Shown one piece after another: positions 1-8,714 of a stretch of 23,256 bases of DNA. Source of the DNA: Candidatus Bathyarchaeota archaeon. GTDB taxonomy: Archaea > Thermoproteota > Bathyarchaeia > Bathyarchaeales > Bathycorpusculaceae. Location of the stretch: NCBI GenBank assembly GCA_963811105.1, contig CAWEPZ010000005.1:1-23256 (forward strand). The letters run 5' to 3'. Under the pieces are notes generated by a model. The model saw nothing but the letters and a program-made list of their open reading frames with translations, was not told the origin of the DNA and did no database searches. A program made the translations under genes and the position numbers. The stretch's first letter is position 1; each line of letters begins with the position of its first letter.

Positions 1-120
1 GGTAACTTTTTGGTTGTCTTTTTTGTTTTTTCTTCTGCGTATAGCCAACAGCAGGAATGCTGCGAGGAGCACTATCAAGATGACTATTGCTGATTCTGCG
101 ACAGTAAACAGGGTTGTGAC
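1..120 (-). pseudogene. Out-of-frame C-terminal transmembrane anchor and basic tail of the preceding surface protein; runs off the window edge
   Basis: Manual translation of the minus strand from 120 gives [40 protein letters not shown], in a frame shifted by one base relative to the 84..1508 ORF. Confidence 0.75.
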
Positions 121-1508
121 TTGTTCCAGTTTGCGGTCTCAGTAAGTGGGTTGTTCATGGTTACAGTTTGACTGTTTTCGGTCCCGCTGTATGAACCACT
201 GCCAATTCCGACCCAATTCGTAAATACATATTGCGTGCCAGTGTTATCCGTGCCTTGTGAACCTACGCTAAAGCTTACGGTTGAACCCGCAACATACCAG
301 CCATCGCCCGTAGGATTGCCATAGGGCGAGTTGATTGTCAAACGGTACTGAGTTAAGTACACGATATTTTGGGAAGTAACAGTTGGAACATGGACCGTCA
401 TTGAGTCGACGCCCTTTATTGCGTACCTGGTTGTTGAGTCTCGGCTTATTGTACTAATTGTCGTCCAGGAGAAATCTCCAGCTTTAATACCGCTAAAGGT
501 AATCGTTGAAGTTGTCGAGGTTTTGGTTTGTCCGTTGAAAGTTATACTCCATGTTTTTCCTGGTGGTAAGCCTTGTTCTTTGAAGGTGACGATGTAGGTT
601 GTCGTCGGGTTAGATGTGTAGGTTATCGTCGTTGAAGTTTGGGTTGGACTTGGGGTTGGGGTCGCTGTTGGTGAGGGGATTTGGGTTTCGGTTGGTGATG
701 GAGTTGGGGTGGGAATTGGAGAATCGGTTGTTGAGGTTGTTGGGGTTGGGCTTGGTGTTGGCGTAGTTGTTGGGGTTGAAGGATCGTTTGGTGTTGATGT
801 TGATGTTGGTGACGGTGTTGGCGTTGAGGTGGGTGTTGGTGCTTGGGTGGGGTTTGTTGTAGGTTGGGAAGTTGTGGATGGGGTAGGTGTTGGAGTTGGA
901 TCTGGAGTTTGAATCGGAGTAGGCATTGGTGAAGGAGTTGGTGTTGGGTCTGGAGTTTGGATTGGAGTAGGAGTTGGGGAAGGAGTTGTTGTTGGAGCTG
1001 AAGTTATGAGTTGGTTAAAGAGAATAGAGTATTTTTGGCATCCATGGAAAGTGTTTTGGTAAGCAGATGTAATCCATTGGTATTGGCCTGCGGTGGTGGG
1101 GTTAGTGGCTGTAAAGGTAATTGAGACCATTTGATTTGTGCTCAGCCCGCCTGCAGTTCCATGTAAAGTTATCGTGCCGTTGCTTGTTAGGGTGGGTTGA
1201 GAGATCAGGGTAGGCGTCCATGTTTGTCCTAATGGGGAATTCGTAACTTTTAGTGAAGTAGAAACTATACTGGAATATCCCTTAGGAATTGTTACATTAA
1301 TAGAGCTCATCTGTGATGAGCCGGTGTTGGTTATTGTTACTGTGTAACGGGCTGTTTGGCTTACACTTGCATTGTCAGTGGCTAGGGTTGCAGCGCATGT
1401 GAAACTTGTTGGTGCTGAAACGCAAGATTGAGCAGGGGTCGCCATTGAGAATAACAATACAGCTGTTAGGATGATCAGTAGTATTGATCTTTTCTTATTC
1501 AATATCAT
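84..1508 (-). CDS. Secreted/cell-surface protein with an Ig-like N-domain, a long Pro/Thr linker and thermopsin-associated-type beta repeats; the C-terminal anchor is out of frame
   Basis: ORF track 84..1547. ATG at 1508 gives a Sec-type signal peptide ([28 protein letters not shown]). It has a ~125-aa PT-rich linker and the modules [22 protein letters not shown] and [19 protein letters not shown], typical of archaeal surface proteins. Confidence 0.85.
   Translation of the reverse strand: MILNKKRSILLIILTAVLLFSMATPAQSCVSAPTSFTCAATLATDNASVSQTARYTVTITNTGSSQMSSINVTIPKGYSSIVSTSLKVTNSPLGQTWTPTLISQPTLTSNGTITLHGTAGGLSTNQMVSITFTATNPTTAGQYQWITSAYQNTFHGCQKYSILFNQLITSAPTTTPSPTPTPIQTPDPTPTPSPMPTPIQTPDPTPTPTPSTTSQPTTNPTQAPTPTSTPTPSPTSTSTPNDPSTPTTTPTPSPTPTTSTTDSPIPTPTPSPTETQIPSPTATPTPSPTQTSTTITYTSNPTTTYIVTFKEQGLPPGKTWSITFNGQTKTSTTSTITFSGIKAGDFSWTTISTISRDSTTRYAIKGVDSMTVHVPTVTSQNIVYLTQYRLTINSPYGNPTGDGWYVAGSTVSFSVGSQGTDNTGTQYVFTNWVGIGSGSYSGTENSQTVTMNNPLTETANWNKSQPCLLSQNQQ
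895..971. repeat. Coding tandem repeat with a 48-bp/16-aa period ([13 protein letters not shown] x2) within the Pro/Thr linker
   Basis: gttggatctggagtttgaatcggagtagg (895-923) matches gttgggtctggagtttggattggagtagg (943-971). Confidence 0.8.
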
Positions 1509-1562
1509 GTCACGTTTCTTCCTATTCGAAATTTTGTTATAAATCAACTTCCACTGAGACGG

Positions 1563-1570
1563 CTTATAAC
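1563..1570 (-). promoter_or_regulatory. Putative TATA box for the leftward surface-protein gene
   Basis: GTTATAAG on the minus strand, about 55-60 nt upstream of ATG 1508. Confidence 0.4.
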
Positions 1571-1643
1571 CATAATTGAGATTTTCGTTACATGTCGAGT
1601 TTCGCAGTATTAGTGTTCGACAGTTGACATCTATATTAAGTGT

Positions 1644-1660
1644 TAATACTGCTTATATAT
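1644..1660 (+). promoter_or_regulatory. Putative TATA box (TTATATAT) with an upstream AATAC element for the 1768 gene
   Basis: TAATACTGCTTATATAT lies in the divergent intergenic region. Confidence 0.4.
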
Positions 1661-1767
1661 CACGATATACAATGTGAAATCCTGAACACAAAAGAGCTCA
1701 ACCATCAAAATAACTCCACCTAAGTGGCAAGTAACGAAATTGTTAAAAAAAAATAACGGTAGGAAAA

Positions 1768-2292
1768 ATGAAAACATCATACCTCACTGAAGAAGACATC
1801 GAAGAAACAGAAGAATACTTTCAACAAGCAGTAGTCATAACCAGCAAACAAAACGAAAGCTTCGAAAAAACAAAAACCCCAAAAATCAACAGCACCGTTT
1901 CCAACATTAGCACATTCCCAAAAGCTAATGATTCAGATAAGAAATTTAATCAATACCTATTAGAAGCCATAGATGAAACCTTATCATCATTGGGCGAAGT
2001 CGTAAAAAACGCCGTCATAGAACATTTAAAAAACGAATTTCAAATAAACAAAAATGATATTCCACAAAAGATATGTGATTTCTCAAAGATAGTTCACAAA
2101 GTCTTCGGTTTAGGTGCGGATAGACTGGAACTTAAAATTGTAAAAAACTTAAGTTCCAAACTTCAAGTTGACGTCAATTTAACTGAGTATGAATGGCCCC
2201 TCTCAAAGTGGATAATTAACGACGTTTCGTTTACTGAGTATGTCGCAAACTTGCGAATCAGTTACGCAAAGACAGTTGAAAAGAAGGCTTAA
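1768..2292 (+). CDS. Small helical protein, NitrOD5/DUF3227-like stand-alone output domain
   Basis: The motif FNQYLLEAIDETLSSLGE...DIPQKI.DFS.I.HKVFGLGA.RLE resembles the archaeal family found with two-component systems. It is a paralogue of 5043..5471. Confidence 0.7.
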   Translation: MKTSYLTEEDIEETEEYFQQAVVITSKQNESFEKTKTPKINSTVSNISTFPKANDSDKKFNQYLLEAIDETLSSLGEVVKNAVIEHLKNEFQINKNDIPQKICDFSKIVHKVFGLGADRLELKIVKNLSSKLQVDVNLTEYEWPLSKWIINDVSFTEYVANLRISYAKTVEKKA

Positions 2293-2418
2293 GTTTTAAC
2301 TTATTTTTTGATTAAAAAGTTAACGATTGATTCTTTTGTTTACAGAATTCGAATATATATTTAGAATTCATAACGCTTATGTTTCATTTCGCGGCTACCA
2401 CTTAACATTCGAGAGTTG

Positions 2419-4371
2419 ATGAATATCAAGCAAAAGGATAGCTCACTCATTAGCCTAAGCATCTCAGAAACTGCAAAAGAAGAAGAGAATTTCCAAGTCA
2501 TAGCTAACTCGATTAGAGACGCAGTAGTCATAGTTGACGAAAAAGGCAAAATCAGCTGTTGGAATTCAGCTTCAGAGAAACTTTTTGGATACTCAAGCAG
2601 TGAAGCCCTTGGCAAAAACATACATCAACTTGTCATCCCTAAAACAACTGGTCCTGAAGCTAAAAACCAAATAAGAACTAGCATGGAAATCTTTGCCGAC
2701 ACAGGTATGGGCTACTTCACTGTTGGAAATGTAGAGTTGGTGGGTTGCCGAAAGGATGGCTCTGAAATTTCCGTTGAGCTAACCCTTTCGCCTATAAAAA
2801 TAGCAGGCAAATGGAGCGCCATTGGAGTAATCAAAGACATTACACGCAGAAGAAAAGCTGAAGACAAATTACGAGAGGCAGAACAACGTTACCATGCATT
2901 GTTCAATCAAGCACCCGTGGGTGTTTTAGTTGTTGACCCCAAGACCACCGGGTTTGTCGAATTTAACGATCTCGCGCACAGCCAACTTGGTTACACTAGG
3001 GAAGAATTCGAAAAACTTTCTCTGGTAGAAATAGAAGTCAATAAACCGGGAAAGATTAAGAAAAACGTTGCCGAGTTGTTAAAAGCTGGAGATGGAGAGT
3101 TCGAAACAGAACATCAAACCAAGACCGGCGAAACAAAAAATGTCCTAGTAACCACAAAGACCCTCAAGCTCAAGGACACAAAGTATCTCCAATGCATCTT
3201 CCGCGACATTACAGAAATCAGGCGCGTCCAAAAATGTCTAGGCGAGAGCGAAGCAAAATATCGACAACTAGTTGAGCTTGCTCAAGAAGGCGTCTGGGTC
3301 CTCTCAAAAGACTACGAAACTGTCTTTGTCAACCCTAGGATGACCGAAATGTTGGGTTACAGCAGAAGCGAAATGGTTGGAAAAACCCTTTTTGACTTCA
3401 TGGATAACAGGGAAGTTCCATTGGCGAAGGAGTTCTTGGGAAAATATACTTGTGGAGTTAGCGGAAATTTAGAGTATGAATTTACAAGAAAAGATGGCGC
3501 CCACATCTACACCAGTATTGCGGCATCCCAAATTACTGACGATAAAGGAGATTATTTAGGTACACTTGCTCTTGTAGCCGATATAACTTTACGCAAAGAT
3601 ATGGAAACTAAGTTGGAGAAGTACTCCAAAAGTCTCGAAGAGATCGTGGACCATAAAACCAAAGAATTAGAGATGGCCCAGGTTCAATTAATCAAGTCTG
3701 AGAGGCTAGCAGCGATAGGCGAACTGTCCGGCATGATTGGTCATGACTTACGCAACCCCTTAACCGGTATAAAAAACGCAGCATATTTCCTAAAAAGAAA
3801 GAACGTTTGCACGTCTCCACAAGAAAAAGAAATGATCGAAATAATTGAACGATGCGTCGAATATTCCAACAAGATAATTAATGACCTACTTGATTTCTCA
3901 AGAGAAATTCACTTAGACCTCAAGGAAACCTCCTTACAAAATATGATAACCGAAAGCTTGGCGATGGTCAACATCCCAAGCGCAATTAAGGTTGTAAAAG
4001 ATCAAAACATCTCCGTCATCTTCTTGGCTGATGTCAACAAATTAACGCGTATTTTTGTTAATTTAGTCAAAAACGCAGTTGATGCAATGCCCAACGGAGG
4101 AACCTTAAGCATTACAAACAAACAAGAAGAAGGAAAGTTAAGAATTAACTTCGCCGATACGGGCATGGGAATTTCAGACGATGTGCTACCCAAGTTGTTT
4201 GCCCCATTATTTACTACAAAAGCCCAAGGTATGGGTTTTGGGTTGGCAATTTGCAAACGCATCGTTGAAGCCCATGGAGGAACGATAACGGTTAAGACCG
4301 CGCTAGAAAAAGGAACAACCTTCACCGTTACTCTTCCAATTGAACCAAAACTTCAATGCGGAGGTGAATAG
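2419..4371 (+). CDS. Cytoplasmic sensor histidine kinase with three PAS domains
   Basis: Three PAS/PAC repeats (WNSASEKLFGYS, FNDLAHSQLGYT, VNPRMTEMLGYS). H-box GHDLRNPL, N-box NLVKNAVDAM, G1 DTGMGI, F-box LFTTK, G2 GMGFGLAIC. No transmembrane helix. ATG at 2419, with TTG 2416 as an alternative start. Confidence 0.95.
   Translation: MNIKQKDSSLISLSISETAKEEENFQVIANSIRDAVVIVDEKGKISCWNSASEKLFGYSSSEALGKNIHQLVIPKTTGPEAKNQIRTSMEIFADTGMGYFTVGNVELVGCRKDGSEISVELTLSPIKIAGKWSAIGVIKDITRRRKAEDKLREAEQRYHALFNQAPVGVLVVDPKTTGFVEFNDLAHSQLGYTREEFEKLSLVEIEVNKPGKIKKNVAELLKAGDGEFETEHQTKTGETKNVLVTTKTLKLKDTKYLQCIFRDITEIRRVQKCLGESEAKYRQLVELAQEGVWVLSKDYETVFVNPRMTEMLGYSRSEMVGKTLFDFMDNREVPLAKEFLGKYTCGVSGNLEYEFTRKDGAHIYTSIAASQITDDKGDYLGTLALVADITLRKDMETKLEKYSKSLEEIVDHKTKELEMAQVQLIKSERLAAIGELSGMIGHDLRNPLTGIKNAAYFLKRKNVCTSPQEKEMIEIIERCVEYSNKIINDLLDFSREIHLDLKETSLQNMITESLAMVNIPSAIKVVKDQNISVIFLADVNKLTRIFVNLVKNAVDAMPNGGTLSITNKQEEGKLRINFADTGMGISDDVLPKLFAPLFTTKAQGMGFGLAICKRIVEAHGGTITVKTALEKGTTFTVTLPIEPKLQCGGE
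4360..4367 (+). promoter_or_regulatory. Shine-Dalgarno sequence for the receiver gene
   Basis: GGAGGTGA lies 5 nt upstream of TTG 4373, inside the 3' end of the kinase gene. Confidence 0.75.
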
Positions 4372-4372
4372 T

Positions 4373-4825
4373 TTGGACCAAAAATACAAAATATTACTCG
4401 TTGACGACGATGAAACCATCAGAACTACGATGATAGCAATACTCGAAGATGAAGGATACAGCGTTGACAGTGCACCCAACGGAAAAGAAGCAATTAAGAA
4501 GACCCAAGAACAAACCTACAACTTAGCGTTACTTGACATACGATTACCCGACATGGAAGGCGTAGAACTACTCGGACTAATGAAGGACAGCATTCCTCGC
4601 ATGAGGAAAATAATGGTGACAGGATTCCCATCTCTGCAGAACGCAGTTGAAGCAGTCAATAAAAGTGCAGATGCATACTTGATAAAGCCAGTTGACGTCG
4701 ATAAATTGCTCGCTACAGTCAAAGAACAGCTACAAAAGCAAGAAGAAGACAAAAAATTCAGTGAACAGAAAGTCGCTGATTTCATCGAAAGTCGAGTTAA
4801 AGAAATCTCTGTAAACCAAATTTAA
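4373..4825 (+). CDS. Stand-alone response regulator (receiver domain with a short helical C-terminal tail)
   Basis: ILLVDDD acid pocket, LLDIRLPDMEG phosphoacceptor, VTG and IKP motifs are all intact. The start was moved from 4340 to TTG 4373 based on the SD and its position just after the kinase stop. Confidence 0.93.
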   Translation: MDQKYKILLVDDDETIRTTMIAILEDEGYSVDSAPNGKEAIKKTQEQTYNLALLDIRLPDMEGVELLGLMKDSIPRMRKIMVTGFPSLQNAVEAVNKSADAYLIKPVDVDKLLATVKEQLQKQEEDKKFSEQKVADFIESRVKEISVNQI

Positions 4826-5042
4826 AAAACCTCCAAATCTTTTAACATTTTTTCAATTTTTTAAGAACCACAAAATAACTAATTGATCAACGAATTCATC
4901 AAATGCAGAAGTTTTTCTGGTAAACATAAATTGATAATAAATATTTCAAGTATTTCAGATTTAAATATCAATTTAACTGTTTGTTCATTAACGGCTGTTA
5001 GGGAAAAATAATCACCGAGAAGACTTACACGAAGGAAAATGT

Positions 5043-5471
5043 ATGAGTTTAACGACTCAAGAAGATTCCTTAATTGAATTAAAGAACGACGAAGTGACGG
5101 TTAAACATTTGAAGGAAACGCCCTCAGAAAAATTCGACAACCTTTTGATTGAGTCAATCGACGAAACGCTCACCTTGTTAGGGGAACCAGTTAAAAATGA
5201 GTTTTACCAACAGCTAAATGTTAAATTCAACATAGAAAAAACCGACATCCCACAAAGGCTGGAAGATTTCTCACATATTCTACACAAAGTTTTTGGTTTG
5301 GGCGCAAGTCGGCTTGAAGTAAAATTTTTAAGAAACCTTGATTCGAAAATTCCGGTTGGTTCCAAATGTTTTAATGTGGATTGGTCAGTTTCGACTTGGA
5401 TCGAAAAAGAAATGTCCTTTTTAAAAACCATAAAAGACAAACAAAAAGAGTTTCTAATAAATATCATGTAG
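5043..5471 (+). CDS. Small helical protein, NitrOD5/DUF3227-like; paralogue of 1768..2292
   Basis: KFDNLLIESIDETLTLLGEPVKN...DIPQRLEDFSHILHKVFGLGASRLE aligns without gaps to the 1768 protein. Confidence 0.7.
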   Translation: MSLTTQEDSLIELKNDEVTVKHLKETPSEKFDNLLIESIDETLTLLGEPVKNEFYQQLNVKFNIEKTDIPQRLEDFSHILHKVFGLGASRLEVKFLRNLDSKIPVGSKCFNVDWSVSTWIEKEMSFLKTIKDKQKEFLINIM

Positions 5472-5745
5472 CAACTTCATCCGCCACGTTCTTTTAACTT
5501 GCGACCTCTTCTATGAATAAATTTCTTTTAATTCATTTTAGAAAATGTTAAGACTTCAAAACTTCACAGCTTCTAGATCAATTCTTGAATTGAACATAAA
5601 GAGTCTTTAGCATTACAAAAAATTGTAGTACCTACCCCAAGATCCCTGCTATTGTAGAAATTACAAAAAGCAAAATAACACCAATGACGACGATTTTTTT
5701 AGTTGAGGTCTTCATTTTACTCAGTGCCTTTTAGGATTTTTGAGG

Positions 5746-6942
5746 TTATTTTTTCTTTCCCATAAACTTGTCCATAAATGATTTCTTTTGCAGCTTAGAT
5801 TCTCCAGGTTGATTGCTTAATAAATTATCTTGTGATTTGGTTTCAAGGCTTTTTTCGATTTCATTCTTTATTTTTGCCATTACTTCTTTTTCATCCGCTG
5901 AACCCTCGATGAGGAGAATGTTGTGTCCTTGAGCAATTTTTCGGGCAGTTTCGTTAAGTTGAGGAATAGCCATGAAAATAGGCACGTCCACCTTCACTTC
6001 CGAAGTTTTGTATATATAAAGAATGAGGGGTGAGGTAGTAACTTCAGATTCGCTTACAGCATGGTCAAGGGCTATAACCTTTTCTTGGCCATCAACTATT
6101 TTTCTGGCGATTAAACTAAAGTGATGTTGCATTTCACTTTTTTGCCCCATCACCAAGCCTGGAATTTCAACGGAAAATCCCAAGTTTACGAGGAGCTCTT
6201 GGATGTTTTCTAAGCTTGCGACGTTTTGCCTAATTTCTTTTTTCCTCGTCAAGTTCAATGAATACTTTGGAACATCGATGACTTTCGCTTCTTTTATGGT
6301 AAAGATCTTTGAACAACTCCGACAGACTATGTCTGATTCTGTGTTTTCGAATCTTTCTCCGCAGGATTGGCAAACATACCAACGGCCCATATTTCGGTAT
6401 TGACTTTCAACTAAGAGTTCACCGCATTTCGGGCATCGATCGTTTATGTATTTGTCTCTTTGATCAATGTGTCCACAGGGAACATGTTCAGTTAAACTTG
6501 TTTTTTGTACATTATGACTTTTGCATTTGGGACAACGATCGTGGAGAGTGAGTGTTGTTGAACCACAATTTGGACATACCGAGACTGAGTCATAAAAGGC
6601 TTTTTTAAGAATATCTAAATGTGCGAGGTTTTCCAATAGATCTTTGTTAATGACCTTTTCTTTAGCGCCTTCAAAAACATTATCGGGGCTTTGATATACG
6701 AAGCCTGCACCTTGGACAAACTTTGGAATTATTTCTTCTTTGTCGCTACATTCAAGAATTGTCCTAAGAAGGTCGCGTGAGTTAGGTTCAATGTAGGCTT
6801 CTCGCCTTTCTAGCTCTATTTGATCCTCCACATCAAATGTTTTTGTTGACTCCTGTTTCTTGTTTGGAAAAATCTTATTTAACAGTTGTTTTTGTTCTTC
6901 CGTTGACTGTGGAGTACTTGTAACTTGCGAGTTTTTTTTCAT
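5746..6942 (-). CDS. TackOD1-like multi-zinc-ribbon protein fused to a degenerate restriction-endonuclease-like domain
   Basis: CPNC, CPKC, HVPC, CPKC, CQSC and CRSC occur in TackOD1-like spacing. The C-domain LGFSVE...GQKSEMQHHFSLIA...VIALD resembles an Mrr-type PD-(D/E)xK fold. It lies 49 bp downstream of the platform gene on the same strand. Confidence 0.75.
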   Translation of the reverse strand: MKKNSQVTSTPQSTEEQKQLLNKIFPNKKQESTKTFDVEDQIELERREAYIEPNSRDLLRTILECSDKEEIIPKFVQGAGFVYQSPDNVFEGAKEKVINKDLLENLAHLDILKKAFYDSVSVCPNCGSTTLTLHDRCPKCKSHNVQKTSLTEHVPCGHIDQRDKYINDRCPKCGELLVESQYRNMGRWYVCQSCGERFENTESDIVCRSCSKIFTIKEAKVIDVPKYSLNLTRKKEIRQNVASLENIQELLVNLGFSVEIPGLVMGQKSEMQHHFSLIARKIVDGQEKVIALDHAVSESEVTTSPLILYIYKTSEVKVDVPIFMAIPQLNETARKIAQGHNILLIEGSADEKEVMAKIKNEIEKSLETKSQDNLLSNQPGESKLQKKSFMDKFMGKKK

Positions 6943-6991
6943 TTGAATGGCCTTCTTTTTTTCCGTTATTATCTTTATCCTAATTTTTCAT

Positions 6992-7819
6992 TTAATGGAG
7001 GAATAGATAGAATGCTAAACCTGAAATTACACTTAAGAGAGTAACGTGTTTTAATCCCGCCGCAAAGCTTTCCTCGTTGATTTTTCCTGCTATGAGTCCT
7101 CCGAATATGGATTCTATTAATGACGCGTGTAGAAATAGACGACTTGATTGTGCCTGGGAAAGGATTGGTTTAATGAAAGATACGCTGCTAGCTGTGGTTT
7201 GGCTTAAGGGAGCGAACATCATGTTTGAAATTACAATGATTATGAATAGAAACATGAATACGGAGAAGTAGAAAATTGCAACGTAAGGAAGGGTTTGCTG
7301 TCTTCTCTTTGTAGTCCATTCGTTTATGTTTTCAAGGTATTTGGCGGTTGAGTCAAAGATGTTGGATAAGTCGCCACCGTGTTTTCCTGCTTCATTTATC
7401 AAAACAGTTGCTTTTCTGATTAAAGGTAGATCTATTCTATCGCTAAATTCCTCAAGAGCTTCATTAAAGTTCATGCCCCAGCTCATGTGTGCCACTAACA
7501 TTTTTAGCTCAATCGTTAGCGGACCGTACATTCGGTGTGAAGCATGTTCTAAGGCAACTTGAAGGGGGATACCTGTCTTTGAGGCTGTGGCTAAGTCTCG
7601 TAGGAATTCGGGAGTTGCTTTTTCAATTTTGAGTTTCCATCTATTGTGTATGATGCTTGCTACACTTGGCGGTGCAATCCCTATTGTTAGAGCTATAATT
7701 ATCATGTAGTCTAAGGTTGGTGAAAAAAGATAGTAGAATGCGGCAACAATGAAGAAGATTAGACCTGCAATACCTGAAAGAACCGTAATGCGTTTTGTTA
7801 TTTTTTTTGTTACTCTCAT
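6992..7819 (-). CDS. Type IV pilus membrane platform protein (T2SS-F / TadC / PilC-like)
   Basis: IEKATPEFLRDLA...TGIPL..AL, YGPLT.EL, SWGMNF.EAL, GGDL and ESIFGGLIAGKI motifs, with several transmembrane segments. Confidence 0.92.
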   Translation of the reverse strand: MRVTKKITKRITVLSGIAGLIFFIVAAFYYLFSPTLDYMIIIALTIGIAPPSVASIIHNRWKLKIEKATPEFLRDLATASKTGIPLQVALEHASHRMYGPLTIELKMLVAHMSWGMNFNEALEEFSDRIDLPLIRKATVLINEAGKHGGDLSNIFDSTAKYLENINEWTTKRRQQTLPYVAIFYFSVFMFLFIIIVISNMMFAPLSQTTASSVSFIKPILSQAQSSRLFLHASLIESIFGGLIAGKINEESFAAGLKHVTLLSVISGLAFYLFLH

Positions 7820-7826
7820 TTAGATC

Positions 7827-8708
7827 TCACTTCTCGAAGGTTGACATAATCACAATCATTATTGCGCCCATTATTGGAATTCCGAGATAAGTTAGCAGGT
7901 ATAGGATTGTCGCCATACTCATGCCCGCAATTGTACCGCTTCCTATCATACCTAATGTAACAAAGAGGACTACGAAAAGGAGTGGAGCTGCAACGAGCAT
8001 CATTATATAGATTTCAGCTGTGGCTGCAAGTGACTCTAGCATCAAATCTAGTTTGCCTATTCGGTCTTTCGTTACCTTTTCTGTAGTAATTTTGAGGTAT
8101 TCTGTTGGGTTTCCTCCAGTTCTTACGGTCGCCACGTAACCTTGGAGGATTTCTCCGAGTTGATCGTTTGGTGTTAATTTGGCGTTAGCAAGGATCGAGC
8201 TCATAAGATCGCTGCCAAAAACCTCTATGTCTCTTATTACGTTACTAAATTCTAATTTAACCTCTTTTAAAGTTTCAATCTTTGCCATCGATTCAAAAAT
8301 TACGCTTGGAGGAACATTTGAGCTTGAGAGAAGAGTTAAAAAGTTGGCGATGTATGGCAAGTTCTTGTCAATTGGACCTTTTCTGTTACTTGCTTTCATT
8401 CCCGGGTAAATGTACATAACCATCAGAGTTATCAACGCGACTGAAACAGCAATTACTAATGTGAATAGGAGATTCATTATAGAAAGCATTGGAATTCCAC
8501 TTAAGAGTGGAAAGACAATAAAAGAAACTGGAATTGCAACCCCGAAAGCGATGATTGAAGTCAAAACCATAAAGGCAACATATGCCTTGAAAGCAATTAG
8601 GACACCACCCTTCTTTAGTTGAACATGAATCTCCGAAAAATGAGGGTAGAATCTCTGTAATCTTCTGTTAAGTAATTCATACGCAATGGCCCAGGGTTGA
8701 AATTTCAT
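7827..8708 (-). CDS. Second type IV pilus membrane platform protein (T2SS-F / TadC-like)
   Basis: YIYP...RKGPIDKNLPY, RDIEVFGSDL, TP, TVRTGGN and LAATAEIY motifs. Gaps to the neighbouring genes are 6-7 bp. Confidence 0.92.
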   Translation of the reverse strand: MKFQPWAIAYELLNRRLQRFYPHFSEIHVQLKKGGVLIAFKAYVAFMVLTSIIAFGVAIPVSFIVFPLLSGIPMLSIMNLLFTLVIAVSVALITLMVMYIYPGMKASNRKGPIDKNLPYIANFLTLLSSSNVPPSVIFESMAKIETLKEVKLEFSNVIRDIEVFGSDLMSSILANAKLTPNDQLGEILQGYVATVRTGGNPTEYLKITTEKVTKDRIGKLDLMLESLAATAEIYIMMLVAAPLLFVVLFVTLGMIGSGTIAGMSMATILYLLTYLGIPIMGAIMIVIMSTFEK

Positions 8709-8714
8709 TTTGTT

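Noticed and set aside
709-912. Val/Gly-rich plus-strand ORF
   Set aside because: It is the antisense shadow of the Pro/Thr linker codons.
2345-2369. Imperfect palindrome GAATTC-gaatatatattta-GAATTC around a TATA-like box upstream of the kinase
   Set aside because: It is built from self-complementary AT-rich words and has no second copy in the window.
2490-2850. First PAS domain as a FixL-type heme oxygen sensor
   Set aside because: No His is evident at the heme-ligand position (the region reads TTGPEAKNQIRTSM), so the ligand cannot be assigned.
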